Below, piece by piece: positions 1-9,564 of a stretch of DNA of 64,000 nucleotides. A program made the position numbers and the translations under genes. This stretch comes from a virus: the IMG/VR virus record IMGVR_UViG_3300025127_006147, positions 130,482 through 194,481 of that record; one strand, given 5' to 3'. Every line of letters begins with the position of its first letter. Within the stretch, counting starts at the first letter, position 1. The notes below the pieces were generated by a model. It was not told the DNA's origin and did not search any database. It saw only the letters and a list, made by a program, of their open reading frames with translations.

Positions 1-444
1 GGACAAGTTAGATTAAAACCAGACGATAGTGTTTATTTGCCCTGGAACCAGTGGTTAAAGGAAACTCATCCAGACGAACACAAAAAAGCTATAAGTGCTA
101 CAGGCCCTAAACAAAATGTAATAAATAAAGTATTTAAACATTGTGGAATTAAACCCTCAGCGTATGACCACGGATTCAAAAGAGGTGTTTACTTGGCGAT
201 GATGTATGAAAATGGTAATGAGTTTTTAAGAGGAGAAATAGGTGAGAATGAACTTAAATTAAAATTAAAATTTGAAGAAGATATTCCATATACTAAAAGA
301 TGGTGGACCAAAAAAGCTATCAGAAGATATGAAAGTTTATACAAACAAAATAGATTAAAACCAGAAACTTTATTCTATTGGGACGCGATAGACATATCTT
401 GGGAAGAGATGAAAGAAAAATATTTAAAAGAAGTTGGACGTTAA
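1..444 (+). CDS. 5'-truncated protein resembling the C-terminus of phage DUF4338 (DruA-like) proteins
   Basis: Frame is open from base 1 (GQVRLKPDDSVYLPWNQWL...). Motifs GPKQ..I..VFK, Y.HGFKRGVY.AMMY and WW..KA..RY resemble DUF4338-type phage proteins (recalled, not searched). Confidence 0.45.
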   Translation, partial: GQVRLKPDDSVYLPWNQWLKETHPDEHKKAISATGPKQNVINKVFKHCGIKPSAYDHGFKRGVYLAMMYENGNEFLRGEIGENELKLKLKFEEDIPYTKRWWTKKAIRRYESLYKQNRLKPETLFYWDAIDISWEEMKEKYLKEVGR

Positions 445-456
445 AAAAATAAATAA

Positions 457-675
457 ATGAAAAAAACAAGAACATTAAACGAATTGAGACAAGTAAAAGA
501 CACGGTATACACACACCCCTTATCACATCAAGAACAACTAAGTCAATGTGAATTAGATAAGAAAAGAATGTACACTAGAGAACAAGTAACAGATTTAATA
601 TACAGATATATTAAAGACAATGAAAATACTATAAGTGATTTAGATATGGTATGGATAGAAAAAAATATTAAATAA
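457..675 (+). CDS. hypothetical protein
   Basis: 72-aa ORF, ATG with A-rich leader, co-oriented with neighbours. Confidence 0.6.
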   Translation: MKKTRTLNELRQVKDTVYTHPLSHQEQLSQCELDKKRMYTREQVTDLIYRYIKDNENTISDLDMVWIEKNIK

Positions 676-707
676 TTTGTTTTATAGAAATAAATTATTT
701 AGATTTG
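676..707 (+). promoter_or_regulatory. Bacteroidota sigma70-type promoter (-33 TTTG / -7 TAnnTTTG)
   Basis: TTTG 676-679 and TAGATTTG 700-707, intergenic, upstream of ORF 746. Confidence 0.6.
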
Positions 708-745
708 TGTAAAGAAATTAATAATTATCAAAAATAAAAAATCCA

Positions 746-1033
746 ATGAGAGCAACTAAAAAAGAAAAATTAGGAAACTATATTTGTAAAGTAGGAAAAT
801 ATGATGTCAGACAAATTATTAAGGCTGGTGGACTGAGTAAAAGTTTTGGAAAAGTAACCCAAAGTAAAGGGAGTTGTGAAGGTAGGATATACTTAGGTAA
901 AAAACTAGTTGAGGGTAATCTTAAAAGTGCTAGTGATGCGGTTCAAAAAGCTTTTGCTTTAACTTGTAAAGAAGGTAATGAACAGTACGTAGATAAACGA
1001 CTAATCAAAAAACATAATTTAGTCTGTGAGTAG
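746..1033 (+). CDS. basic hypothetical protein
   Basis: 95-aa ORF between a promoter and a terminator. Confidence 0.7.
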   Translation: MRATKKEKLGNYICKVGKYDVRQIIKAGGLSKSFGKVTQSKGSCEGRIYLGKKLVEGNLKSASDAVQKAFALTCKEGNEQYVDKRLIKKHNLVCE

Positions 1034-1056
1034 TCTTAATCACAGAGTAAAGAAAG

Positions 1057-1090
1057 GGAGGGTAAATAACTTTACTCTCCTTTTTTTTTT
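1057..1090 (+). terminator. intrinsic terminator
   Basis: 10-bp stem GGAGGGTAAA/TTTACTCTCC, TAAC loop, then a 10-T tract. Confidence 0.8.
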
Positions 1091-1106
1091 AAACATATTA
1101 TAGAAG

Positions 1107-1134
1107 TATTTATTACATAGAAGTGATATTTATA
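1107..1134 (+). promoter_or_regulatory. two TATTTAT motifs (putative late promoter element)
   Basis: TATTTAT 1107-1113 and TATTTATA 1127-1134 upstream of ATG 1155. The same motif precedes many genes of this class. Confidence 0.5.
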
Positions 1135-1154
1135 ATTAAACAATAAATCTAGAA

Positions 1155-2519
1155 ATGAGTTTTACAAGTTTATTAAACGAGGTTAGAGAGATATTAGAAC
1201 AAGAGTTATCACGTTTAGACGTGATGATGGATAGATATGCAAAACCTAAAAAGAAGGCGAGTGGAAAAGTAATCCCAGCAAAAATACCAGAAGATATACT
1301 AATAAAATTAATCATTGCAGACCCTACTAGTAGACACGAGGGTGACACCGAAGGTGTAGACCCAGATGTGATGGATAATATACAAGTCCAAAAAGTAGGT
1401 AAGTATGTTCAATGGATAATTAAACAATGGTTAGGATTACAACAAAAAGCTCAAGAGGAATACCCTTATGACCCAAAACCTAACTCACCATTCCAAGGTA
1501 AACTTAACCAATTACAAGAACTATTTTTAGAAGACCTTTACAAAACAACTGAAGATTTAATTAAGTTTGATAGATTTAAATCACAAATAGATGCGAGTAA
1601 AAGAGATATTAATAAGATTACTTCTACTGATGAATTGTATGATTTAACCAAAGATTTTTCATTAGAAAAAGCCACCACTAGTAAAGCGGAACAAAAAGAA
1701 AAAAGAAAACGTGAAGAGGTTGATTATGTTTACGATGGGAACAGATGGGAAGTAGTTGTCCCAAAAACTAAAGCGGTGAGTTGTGATATGGCAGGTGCAC
1801 CTTTAACTAGATGGTGTACAGCTTCCGACAATTGGAATTACTATGAAAGATATTCAGGACAAGGTCCTTTATACATGATTAGAGATAAGAATGATATTGT
1901 GACTAGTGGAGGTAAAGGTGAAGGTGAACCACGACCTAAATACCAATTCCATTTCCCATCCAATCAATATATGGACCAAGATGATAGAAGTGTTAACTTG
2001 GAACAAATGTTACAAGATGGTGGGGAACTTAGTGAGTTAAAACAATTCTTTAAACATGAATTTGCAAAAGCACTTAACAAAGACTTTGGTGACCAGGTAC
2101 AAATAAACTACCCTAATGACCAAGTATCTAGATTCATAGGTCTATATGGTTTTGATGAATTTTTTGATAAACTTCCACAATCATTAAAAAGATTTGATTT
2201 TGAAAAAGGTAGAAGTGGATACGGTAGAGACGACCAAGACTTACCAGCAACACCTCTTCATCCTAAAGTTTTAAATTTCCCTAACTTAGAGGTATTACAT
2301 ATTGAAGGTTTACTTAGTGAGTTACCAGAAGATATTAATAGATTACAAAATCTAATGTTTATTTCTATACCTAATAATCCAGAATTAAAAACACTACCAG
2401 AATCATTAGCAGACTTACCAGCCTTACAAGTTTTAAATATTAGAAACAATCCTAAATTACAAATAGGTCCTAGAGTTCAAGCGATGATTGATAGTGGTGA
2501 TGTAACTGTAGTACAGTAA
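1155..2519 (+). CDS. leader-tagged protein: PcfJ-like 'WCT' domain plus C-terminal leucine-rich repeats
   Basis: N-terminal LLNE|V..ILE|Q; VVVPKTKAVSC...RWCTA; LRRs NFPNLEVLHI, LPEDINRLQNLMFISI, LPESLADLPALQVLNI. Confidence 0.7.
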   Translation: MSFTSLLNEVREILEQELSRLDVMMDRYAKPKKKASGKVIPAKIPEDILIKLIIADPTSRHEGDTEGVDPDVMDNIQVQKVGKYVQWIIKQWLGLQQKAQEEYPYDPKPNSPFQGKLNQLQELFLEDLYKTTEDLIKFDRFKSQIDASKRDINKITSTDELYDLTKDFSLEKATTSKAEQKEKRKREEVDYVYDGNRWEVVVPKTKAVSCDMAGAPLTRWCTASDNWNYYERYSGQGPLYMIRDKNDIVTSGGKGEGEPRPKYQFHFPSNQYMDQDDRSVNLEQMLQDGGELSELKQFFKHEFAKALNKDFGDQVQINYPNDQVSRFIGLYGFDEFFDKLPQSLKRFDFEKGRSGYGRDDQDLPATPLHPKVLNFPNLEVLHIEGLLSELPEDINRLQNLMFISIPNNPELKTLPESLADLPALQVLNIRNNPKLQIGPRVQAMIDSGDVTVVQ

Positions 2520-2918
2520 TTAGGATATTTTATCCCATTTCCCATTATTCATTAATTTAAAACTACCAATATATTTTTTATCCCATTCGGTAGGTTTAAT
2601 TAAACTTAAGAATAAATTTTTATTTTTTCTTTCATATAAAAAGTATTCTTCCCCTAGTAAAGGTTGAAAGTTGTATTCTGATTCATATACTAACTTAGTC
2701 CAATTATACTCATCAACTAATTTTTGATACTCTTTTTTTAATTCTTTTAATCTAGAATCAAAATAATTATCAGCTTTATAACTATCACTTTTATCTACCT
2801 TAATAGGTTCAAATTTTTGTGAACCAACAGTCGTAGGATAAGATTTTAAGTTAGCGTCAAATTTGTCCGTATCTTCGTTATAAACTATATTATCTGGGTA
2901 CTTTTTTTTCATAAACAA
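2520..2918 (-). CDS. DUF2452 family protein
   Basis: YNFQPLLGEEYFLYERK...FLSLIKP.EW...GSFKL pattern typical of Bacteroidota/phage DUF2452. Confidence 0.65.
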   Translation of the reverse strand: MFMKKKYPDNIVYNEDTDKFDANLKSYPTTVGSQKFEPIKVDKSDSYKADNYFDSRLKELKKEYQKLVDEYNWTKLVYESEYNFQPLLGEEYFLYERKNKNLFLSLIKPTEWDKKYIGSFKLMNNGKWDKIS

Positions 2919-3793
2919 CTAAAATATCTTTCACCTCTATCACAGAGTATTGTTAAACCGTTATTACTATCATTATCTCGTAACCACTCAAAACATACTT
3001 TAACATTAGCTGCTGCACTAACACCAACAAATAAACCAAATTCAGAAGCTAATTTTTTAGCAAATAATTTAGCACATTCAGTTTTAATTGTCCTAACTTC
3101 ATCTACTAACTCTAGGTCAACTAAAAATTTACTACCATCCCCTATTCCTTGTATGCCGTGAAGTCCTGGTTCACCCCCTGACATTACTGGAGATTCAGCT
3201 GGTTCTACAGCGACTACTTTTATATCGGGCCATTTTTCTTTTAGATATTTTGCTGTACCCATTAAACTTCCACCAGTACCCGTTCCCAAAACTATTACAT
3301 CTGGTTTACTAGTATATAAGGGATATGTGGAGTAAAATTCAGGTCCCGTAGTTTCGTAATGAGCTTTTATATTTAAAGGATTGTGGAACTGATTACAATT
3401 AAACCAACCTTCTTCTTCACACATTTTATCTCTTAATGCTATTGCTCCATCGAAATCACCTTCATCTACTTCTATTAACTTTGCTCCATATATTTTAAAC
3501 ATATTCTTTCTTTCTTCGGACATATTAGAAGGCATGATAATAACCATCCTATAACCTCTTTCCGCAGCTAACATAGCAAATGCAATTCCACTATTACCTG
3601 ATGTTGCTTCACAAAGGGTACTTCCTTTTTTTATTAAATTTCTTTTTTCTGCATCATTCAAAATGTAAGTAGCCATACGGTCCTTTACTGAACCAGACGG
3701 ATTCATAAATTCTGCTTTTCCCCATACAGTAAACTCACCAATCTCTATTGGTATTAATGGGGTTCGACCTACGTAATCTGATAATTTTTTCAT
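2909..3793 (-). CDS. cysK: PLP-dependent cysteine synthase (CysK/CysM family)
   Basis: GRTPL, KAEFMNPSGSVKDR (PLP lysine), EATSGNSGIA, GTGTGGS, HGIQGIGDG, CDRGERY. Confidence 0.92.
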   Translation of the reverse strand: MKKLSDYVGRTPLIPIEIGEFTVWGKAEFMNPSGSVKDRMATYILNDAEKRNLIKKGSTLCEATSGNSGIAFAMLAAERGYRMVIIMPSNMSEERKNMFKIYGAKLIEVDEGDFDGAIALRDKMCEEEGWFNCNQFHNPLNIKAHYETTGPEFYSTYPLYTSKPDVIVLGTGTGGSLMGTAKYLKEKWPDIKVVAVEPAESPVMSGGEPGLHGIQGIGDGSKFLVDLELVDEVRTIKTECAKLFAKKLASEFGLFVGVSAAANVKVCFEWLRDNDSNNGLTILCDRGERYFSCL

Positions 3794-3893
3794 ATCATAA
3801 GTTTAATATTTTAGGTGATAAAGTCCACATCATCTTGATAAGTATTTTACTTTAATGTATTATTATTTAACTAATTTCAAATATTTATAAATT

Positions 3894-4229
3894 ATGAATG
3901 TAGATGTGGAAATATATTGTAAGAACTTTAAAAGTTTTTTTCTTAATAACCCTACCAGTAAAGAAGAATTATTGTCGACAGTTCCTGGGGTTAGTTTTGA
4001 AAATTTTATAATAGAAGTTACTAAAATAGCTGAAGATAATTTTGAAAAAGGAGGTGACCCCGCAGTAAGTAGAAAACAAATTTTAGATATACTAAATGAT
4101 TTGTATATTGAACATGTTAAGGAAAATTACAGAGAATTTGGTGAAGATGTGGGATTAATAGATAAAGTTAATATAGACGAATCTAAAGTTTTTCAAAATC
4201 TAAAAGGATTTAACATAGGTTTAAATTAA
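3894..4229 (+). CDS. hypothetical protein
   Basis: 111-aa ORF; TATTTATA at 3882-3889 directly upstream. Confidence 0.7.
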   Translation: MNVDVEIYCKNFKSFFLNNPTSKEELLSTVPGVSFENFIIEVTKIAEDNFEKGGDPAVSRKQILDILNDLYIEHVKENYREFGEDVGLIDKVNIDESKVFQNLKGFNIGLN

Positions 4230-5083
4230 GCTATATTTTCTATAGTTGCTTTATAACTAGATTTAATTATAGTGGCTCCCGACTCTCCCTGTATTAAAGT
4301 GTAAGAAATCAGAAAATGGGTTGTACACTCAGTTATTTTGTCTTCCCCATTAGTGACATTCATACTCCAACACGTGGTAACTCCCGTCGCTTCTCCTTCT
4401 GGTTGTAGGAGTTCTAATATCAGTGTAAATAACAGAGTTAAAGTTGGGGTATTACTACCTTCCACACATTCAAACTTATAAATTTTTATATGTACATTGA
4501 CTGTTTCTCTATGTCCCCCAACGTATAAATTACCACATACATTTAAAGCATTACTTACAGAACCATCTATAGTATGTGGAAAGGGTACCCCGCAATTTAA
4601 ATTTGCATAAGTAAAACTAGTTTTAACTAAATTCCAAGCTCCATTACCTGAACCTGAATTAAATCCACTATTTATATTTCCTATATATTCAAATCCACCT
4701 TTTGGTTTTTCTACATGCATAGAATTAGAAACAATTAATATTGGGGTAATTGAACTATCAGGAACGTCTATTTTTATTAAATTAGTGGAAGGGTTACTTA
4801 AAGTAACATTACTACCTCCACTTAACATTAATACTTGTTGAGAATCATTTCTGGTGGTGTAAGACTTATTACCAGATAATGTAGTACCAGTTACAAAAGT
4901 ATCGGTACCACTACTACCACTTACACAATGTTTTATTAAATCACAGTCAAAAGGAGTCGGTTCGGGTAAACAACTCTTATAATCTTCAGTAATAGATGAA
5001 TAAATTGGTTGGGTGTTAACTATTCTATCATACTCAGGACAAGGTCCATCACAACCGTAATATTGGTCAAACCAGTTAGACAT
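4226..5083 (-). CDS. S/T/G-rich hypothetical protein, possibly structural
   Basis: 285-aa ORF with SGSSGTDTFVTGTTLSG low-complexity segment and a beta-rich C-terminus; last gene of a minus-strand run. Confidence 0.6.
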   Translation of the reverse strand: MSNWFDQYYGCDGPCPEYDRIVNTQPIYSSITEDYKSCLPEPTPFDCDLIKHCVSGSSGTDTFVTGTTLSGNKSYTTRNDSQQVLMLSGGSNVTLSNPSTNLIKIDVPDSSITPILIVSNSMHVEKPKGGFEYIGNINSGFNSGSGNGAWNLVKTSFTYANLNCGVPFPHTIDGSVSNALNVCGNLYVGGHRETVNVHIKIYKFECVEGSNTPTLTLLFTLILELLQPEGEATGVTTCWSMNVTNGEDKITECTTHFLISYTLIQGESGATIIKSSYKATIENIA

Positions 5084-5085
5084 AC

Positions 5086-6771
5086 TTATCTATATTTAAT
5101 TCTAAGTAACTCACCTCTAGTCCAAGGTTCGTAATTAGGACCTAAGGTATAAACAAACTGTCTACCTTTTCTATCCATTTTTACTATGCCAGAGTCGTTT
5201 ATAACTGCAAAGAATTCAGAGTTGTGACCTGGAGTATAAGTTCTACCAATAGAATCATAAAATTCTTTTCTGGTTTTACCAGGGTTGTTCTTAACGAAGT
5301 CTACAAATAATTGAGTTAATGAACCTTCTTTAGGTGGGTATTTAAAAGTTAAAGGTGTTCTACCTCTCATAGGTTCCCAAGTCTTACTATCTTTTGTAGT
5401 AAGGTCTTTAACTTCCGGTCTAGATAAAAGAAACCTTAAGTTTCGCAATAGGACTCCATTTAAGAAAGCTTTTTCTGGGAAACCTCTATAGTAGTTATTC
5501 TGATACCTATCATTATCTAAGAACCTCTCTTTGAATTCATCCCGAGGAGGCAAACCTAACTTTATTCCATCAGTTTCTCCATCAATTTCATAATAGCCAA
5601 GATTATTACTGGCAGCTACAATATGTCCAGGAAGAAGTCTAAAATACCAACCTATATCTTCCGCTAAGTCGTTCTCTGCTGTGGGTTCTATATATCCATT
5701 AAAATCGGAAACAATAATTTCATATTCCGTGTCGTTAAACACCTCAACAGAAAATTTATATTTATTATCTCCGATAGGACTTACGTACCATTCATTACGA
5801 CCAACCACTTCAAGTTCCCATGGACCACTTTCCGTGTTAAATTTAATTTTCTCACCTTGTAATTTATCTGTGATTAAATTAACAAATTCATTAAGACTTT
5901 TGTATCTCTTAAAGTCTAACACTTCCGAATAAGAATCTAATTCTTTTTTATATAAATCGTCAATTACTTGAATAGCCTTATCTGGTAACATAGAACTAAC
6001 TATGGATGCTGTCCTACTATCTAATAGATTATCTTGCATATCATACCACTGGTCATCAGGTGCCCTACCTAGTACTCTTCTATTTGTTCTATAATCAGTG
6101 CCTAATTTAGGTAATTCCTTATAAAGTGCTATTTTATAATCCTTACCAGATTGTTTTTTTATGACATAATATAACACACCCTCGTTATTATATTTATTAA
6201 AAAATGACATATCTTTTGATGTTGTACACCATTTGGTACCTGCACCGTAATAACAAGAAGCACCATGACTTTTAGGTCTAATAATTACCCAGTTATCATC
6301 TTCATATACCTTATCAACCTCCGACTTAAGCATTTTCTCTTTATCTTTTCTAGTCATTATAGATTCTACTTCATCCATAAGTCTTTCTAATACCGCTAAG
6401 TCATCATAAGAGTCTATGTTTTTTGGAGCCTTTATCATCTTCTGATTAACATCCATAAATGGTAATTGTTCTATAAGTTCAGGTGTCATTCTAGGTGAGT
6501 TAATGTCGAACCTCATAGCTAGAGACGATATGTCTATAGGGCTTGTGGATTGTTCGTCAATGTACCTTTTAACCATCCACAAAAGATATTTCTGGTTATT
6601 TGAAGGGTCCGAATTAACAAAATGTTCTAAAACAGATTCTAAATTAGTTCCCACACCAATCCCAGCTGGATTACCTGGTTCTGCAACAGGCCAAGACCCA
6701 ACAGCTTTTTCAAAATATTGTTGTGCGTCTTCTACTCTCCCTTCTAATAATATGTGTTTATTAAATCTCAT
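5086..6771 (-). CDS. leader-tagged PcfJ-like 'WCT' domain protein, possible C-terminal winged helix
   Basis: MRFNKHILLE|G leader; DKVYEDDNWVIIRPKSHGASCYYGAGTKWCTT; TATTTATA on the sense strand at 6784-6791, inside the upstream gene. Confidence 0.7.
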   Translation of the reverse strand: MRFNKHILLEGRVEDAQQYFEKAVGSWPVAEPGNPAGIGVGTNLESVLEHFVNSDPSNNQKYLLWMVKRYIDEQSTSPIDISSLAMRFDINSPRMTPELIEQLPFMDVNQKMIKAPKNIDSYDDLAVLERLMDEVESIMTRKDKEKMLKSEVDKVYEDDNWVIIRPKSHGASCYYGAGTKWCTTSKDMSFFNKYNNEGVLYYVIKKQSGKDYKIALYKELPKLGTDYRTNRRVLGRAPDDQWYDMQDNLLDSRTASIVSSMLPDKAIQVIDDLYKKELDSYSEVLDFKRYKSLNEFVNLITDKLQGEKIKFNTESGPWELEVVGRNEWYVSPIGDNKYKFSVEVFNDTEYEIIVSDFNGYIEPTAENDLAEDIGWYFRLLPGHIVAASNNLGYYEIDGETDGIKLGLPPRDEFKERFLDNDRYQNNYYRGFPEKAFLNGVLLRNLRFLLSRPEVKDLTTKDSKTWEPMRGRTPLTFKYPPKEGSLTQLFVDFVKNNPGKTRKEFYDSIGRTYTPGHNSEFFAVINDSGIVKMDRKGRQFVYTLGPNYEPWTRGELLRIKYR

Positions 6772-6772
6772 T

Positions 6773-8521
6773 CTATCCTATTCTATAAATATAAAACCAT
6801 TCACCATCATAGACTATTTCATTTTCTTCACCATCATAACCAGCAAGACCATTTCCTCTTCCATCAGAAGATATGACTTCTCTAACAAATTCATCTTCAT
6901 CTATAAAATGTGTAATATCTAATTCGTACATTTGGATATATTCCATGGGGTCATTTCTAATCTCATCCAATTTGTATTCCACAGCTTGGTCTATAGCATC
7001 CTCAGTCCATTCATAACTGTCCTCGTCTTCTATAATATCTTGTTTTTGTTCTTCTAATGCGTCTATTTGGTCTTGGATGTATTCTTCGTCTGATTCTCTA
7101 TCAACCTCGTCTAACTCTTCCAGATGTTCTCCTATTTGTTCATCTATTGCTTCTATTTGTTCTTTATAATATGCTATCATCACTCTATCATCCTCTTCAT
7201 CTAAATAACTTTCAGGACTTTCTTCAACATCTTGTCTAATATAATCTTCTACATAGTCCGCAACCTCATCACCATTTACGTGGGATTCATAGAACCATGA
7301 ATTAAAACCTTCATACCCGATATCGTCAACTAAGTTTCTTACTTGTTCCTCAGCAGCTTCATCCGCTTCATCATCATCACCTACAGCATATTCAGCTCCA
7401 TCGTACTCAAATATAGGCATTTCACCATAGTGAGTAGTTCCTTCATACATAATATCATAAACTGTAGAAATATTTTCCCTTTCTTCTTCTAGTTCTTCCT
7501 CTAAATTATTTAAATCCATCCCATAATCTTGAGCTCTTTCCCCATTAGGGTTTTCTATAACTTCAGGGTCATTTTCCATATCACTACGAAGGTCTCTAAT
7601 TTGTTCCTCTAAGTACTCGATTTCGTCACTGTTGTCCGACCACTCACCTTCATCTTTTAGGAATTCCATTAATGCGTTAGCTCTTATACCAACGGAGTCA
7701 GTATCTTCAGGATTCCACTCCTCATTTTCTCTTCTTAATTCTGCTTCAGCATTTAATCTAGCTATTCTTTCTCTTCTACGTTGAGCCCATTCATTTTCTC
7801 TCGCCTGTCTCTCCAGTTCCCTAGCTTTTACTTCTGCACCTATTTTATCTATTTCCTCTTTATATGTGTATTCGAAAAAACTTTCTATCGCACTCATTAA
7901 AGGATGTTCTAAAATATAATCTATATTTGTTGTATCACTAATTAAATTATCAGGTGCGTCATAAAAACTTTTACCTCCCGAATATTTTCTATTTAAAGCT
8001 ACTTTATAGTAGGGGTTAGAAGTAGGTAATGTTTTATCTAGTATGTAAAAAAGTTTACCTTCTTGATTATAATTTTTAAATTGATAATCACTATCTTTAG
8101 CTGCTGTACACCATTTGGTACCCGCACCATAATAACAAGAAGCGTCATGAGATTCTGGTACCACAACTTTAAAACGGTCATCCTCGTAAATAACTTCAGA
8201 TTGTTCATGAGTCTTAATAACTCTTTGTCGTTTTTTTAAATTATCTAAAGCATCATTAAGGTCAGTGTAAGAATTATAAGAGTATAAATCTTTTATCTTT
8301 AAGTTATTTCGTTTCCTATCGAAAGCTTCTACCGCGTCTAATACCATTTCTAAATAAATGACATTTTGTACAATAGAGTTCATATAATCTCTAGCTATCC
8401 ACTCCAAATATTTTTGATTATTTGCTATAGCACCACTACCAGTTACCATCTGGTCCCAGACATCTAAAGGTACGTTGTACTTTTCTTTTACTCTTGAAAT
8501 TCTATTTTCTACTAGTAACAC
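6773..8521 (-). CDS. leader-tagged PcfJ-like 'WCT' domain protein with highly acidic C-terminal region
   Basis: GTG start, LLVE|N; EVIYEDDRFKVVVPESHDASCYYGAGTKWCTA; D/E/Y-rich C-terminal half; sense TATTTATA at 8536-8543. Confidence 0.7.
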   Translation of the reverse strand: MLLVENRISRVKEKYNVPLDVWDQMVTGSGAIANNQKYLEWIARDYMNSIVQNVIYLEMVLDAVEAFDRKRNNLKIKDLYSYNSYTDLNDALDNLKKRQRVIKTHEQSEVIYEDDRFKVVVPESHDASCYYGAGTKWCTAAKDSDYQFKNYNQEGKLFYILDKTLPTSNPYYKVALNRKYSGGKSFYDAPDNLISDTTNIDYILEHPLMSAIESFFEYTYKEEIDKIGAEVKARELERQARENEWAQRRRERIARLNAEAELRRENEEWNPEDTDSVGIRANALMEFLKDEGEWSDNSDEIEYLEEQIRDLRSDMENDPEVIENPNGERAQDYGMDLNNLEEELEEERENISTVYDIMYEGTTHYGEMPIFEYDGAEYAVGDDDEADEAAEEQVRNLVDDIGYEGFNSWFYESHVNGDEVADYVEDYIRQDVEESPESYLDEEDDRVMIAYYKEQIEAIDEQIGEHLEELDEVDRESDEEYIQDQIDALEEQKQDIIEDEDSYEWTEDAIDQAVEYKLDEIRNDPMEYIQMYELDITHFIDEDEFVREVISSDGRGNGLAGYDGEENEIVYDGEWFYIYRIG

Positions 8522-8563
8522 AGTTTTCTTTTTATTATAAATACTTATTAAAAGACTTATATT

Positions 8564-9127
8564 ATGGATAAAAGTAAATCATATATTATCGGATTTACCA
8601 TCACCTTATTTTTCGTATTGTTAATGGTAAATCAAAATTCAAACAGCAACTCCAAGGAACTTACCTATAAACAGACTTATGTAGATTCTTTAAAGTATGA
8701 AATACAGTTAAGAGACTCTTTAATTAAAGATTTTAAAAATTATATACCTATTGGTTCTCCTTTAGATAGTACTAAAATTAATAGTAAATACGGTTGGAGA
8801 TGGGGAAGAATGCATCAAGGAGTAGACCTTAGAGGTAGGTATAGAGATACAGTGTTCTCAACAGCCGCAGGGGTTGTAGTAGAAGCGAAACGTATGGGTG
8901 GTTACGGTAAGTGTGTAAAAATAAGTCATAACAATGGTTATCAAACACTATATGCACATTTAAGTAAAATATTTATTAAAAAGGGTGACATAGTAAAAGA
9001 CTCAACAGCTATCGGAAAAGTGGGTAATACTGGTTTTAGTACTGGGTGTCACTTACATTACGAGATAATTAAAGACGGTGAAAAAATTAACCCAGAAGAA
9101 TTACTTTACAAAGAAATAGATAACTAG
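8564..9127 (+). CDS. M23 (LytM) metallopeptidase with N-terminal membrane anchor
   Basis: HQGVD (HxxxD), YAHL, STGCHLHYE (HxH); hydrophobic N-terminus. Confidence 0.88.
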   Translation: MDKSKSYIIGFTITLFFVLLMVNQNSNSNSKELTYKQTYVDSLKYEIQLRDSLIKDFKNYIPIGSPLDSTKINSKYGWRWGRMHQGVDLRGRYRDTVFSTAAGVVVEAKRMGGYGKCVKISHNNGYQTLYAHLSKIFIKKGDIVKDSTAIGKVGNTGFSTGCHLHYEIIKDGEKINPEELLYKEIDN

Positions 9128-9170
9128 TACTATTTATGGGTATAATAAAAGTAACTCAAAACAAAAAACT

Positions 9171-9392
9171 ATGCAAGAACATGAATTACCAATGAAAGAG
9201 ACTGATAACTCTTTAGAAATTACATTATGTGGGAAAGGAAGTTGTAAATGTCCAGCGGTAGATATCCATACGGACCGTGATGATGTTATAATTGGAGGAG
9301 ACGATGAAGGTTTTACTACATTCACTAAAGAACAATTTGAATTGTTAGTAAACGAAGTTAAGAATGGTAGATTTGATAAATTCATCAAGTAA
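9171..9392 (+). CDS. small hypothetical protein
   Basis: 73 aa, CGKGSCKCP; TATTTAT at 9131-9137. Confidence 0.65.
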   Translation: MQEHELPMKETDNSLEITLCGKGSCKCPAVDIHTDRDDVIIGGDDEGFTTFTKEQFELLVNEVKNGRFDKFIK

Positions 9393-9393
9393 C

Positions 9394-9528
9394 ATGGGGT
9401 GTGGTTGTAAAAAAAATAAAGGAAAAGAAAAAGACCCTAAAGAAGTAGGTGAAAAACTACAAAAAATGATTAGGGATAAAATCCAGGAACAACTAGACAA
9501 AAATCGTAATTTAAAGAAAGGGGTATAA
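9394..9528 (+). CDS. 44-aa basic protein beginning MGCGCKK (not in ORF track)
   Basis: ATG 9394 one base after the previous stop; open to TAA 9526-9528. Confidence 0.6.
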   Translation: MGCGCKKNKGKEKDPKEVGEKLQKMIRDKIQEQLDKNRNLKKGV

Positions 9529-9546
9529 AACCCCTTTTTTATTTTT
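9517..9546 (+). terminator. intrinsic terminator
   Basis: AAAGGGG-TATAAAA-CCCCTTTT followed by T-rich tract. Confidence 0.65.
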
Positions 9547-9564
9547 CACAAACTATTTATGGGT

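Noticed and set aside
1-444. Druantia anti-phage system
   Set aside because: Only a possible DruA-like fragment is visible, with no DruE helicase or other partners, and the family call itself is uncertain.
6503-6922. Opposite-strand or alternate-frame ORFs in the track (e.g. 320, 1136, 2258, 5681, 6503, 7057, 9134, 15278, 16273, 17469, 18636, 20678, 24435, 29435, 30741, 37458, 39936, 41064, 51345, 62312, 63395)
   Set aside because: They lie wholly or largely within better-supported genes and show S/L/I/F-rich shadow composition.
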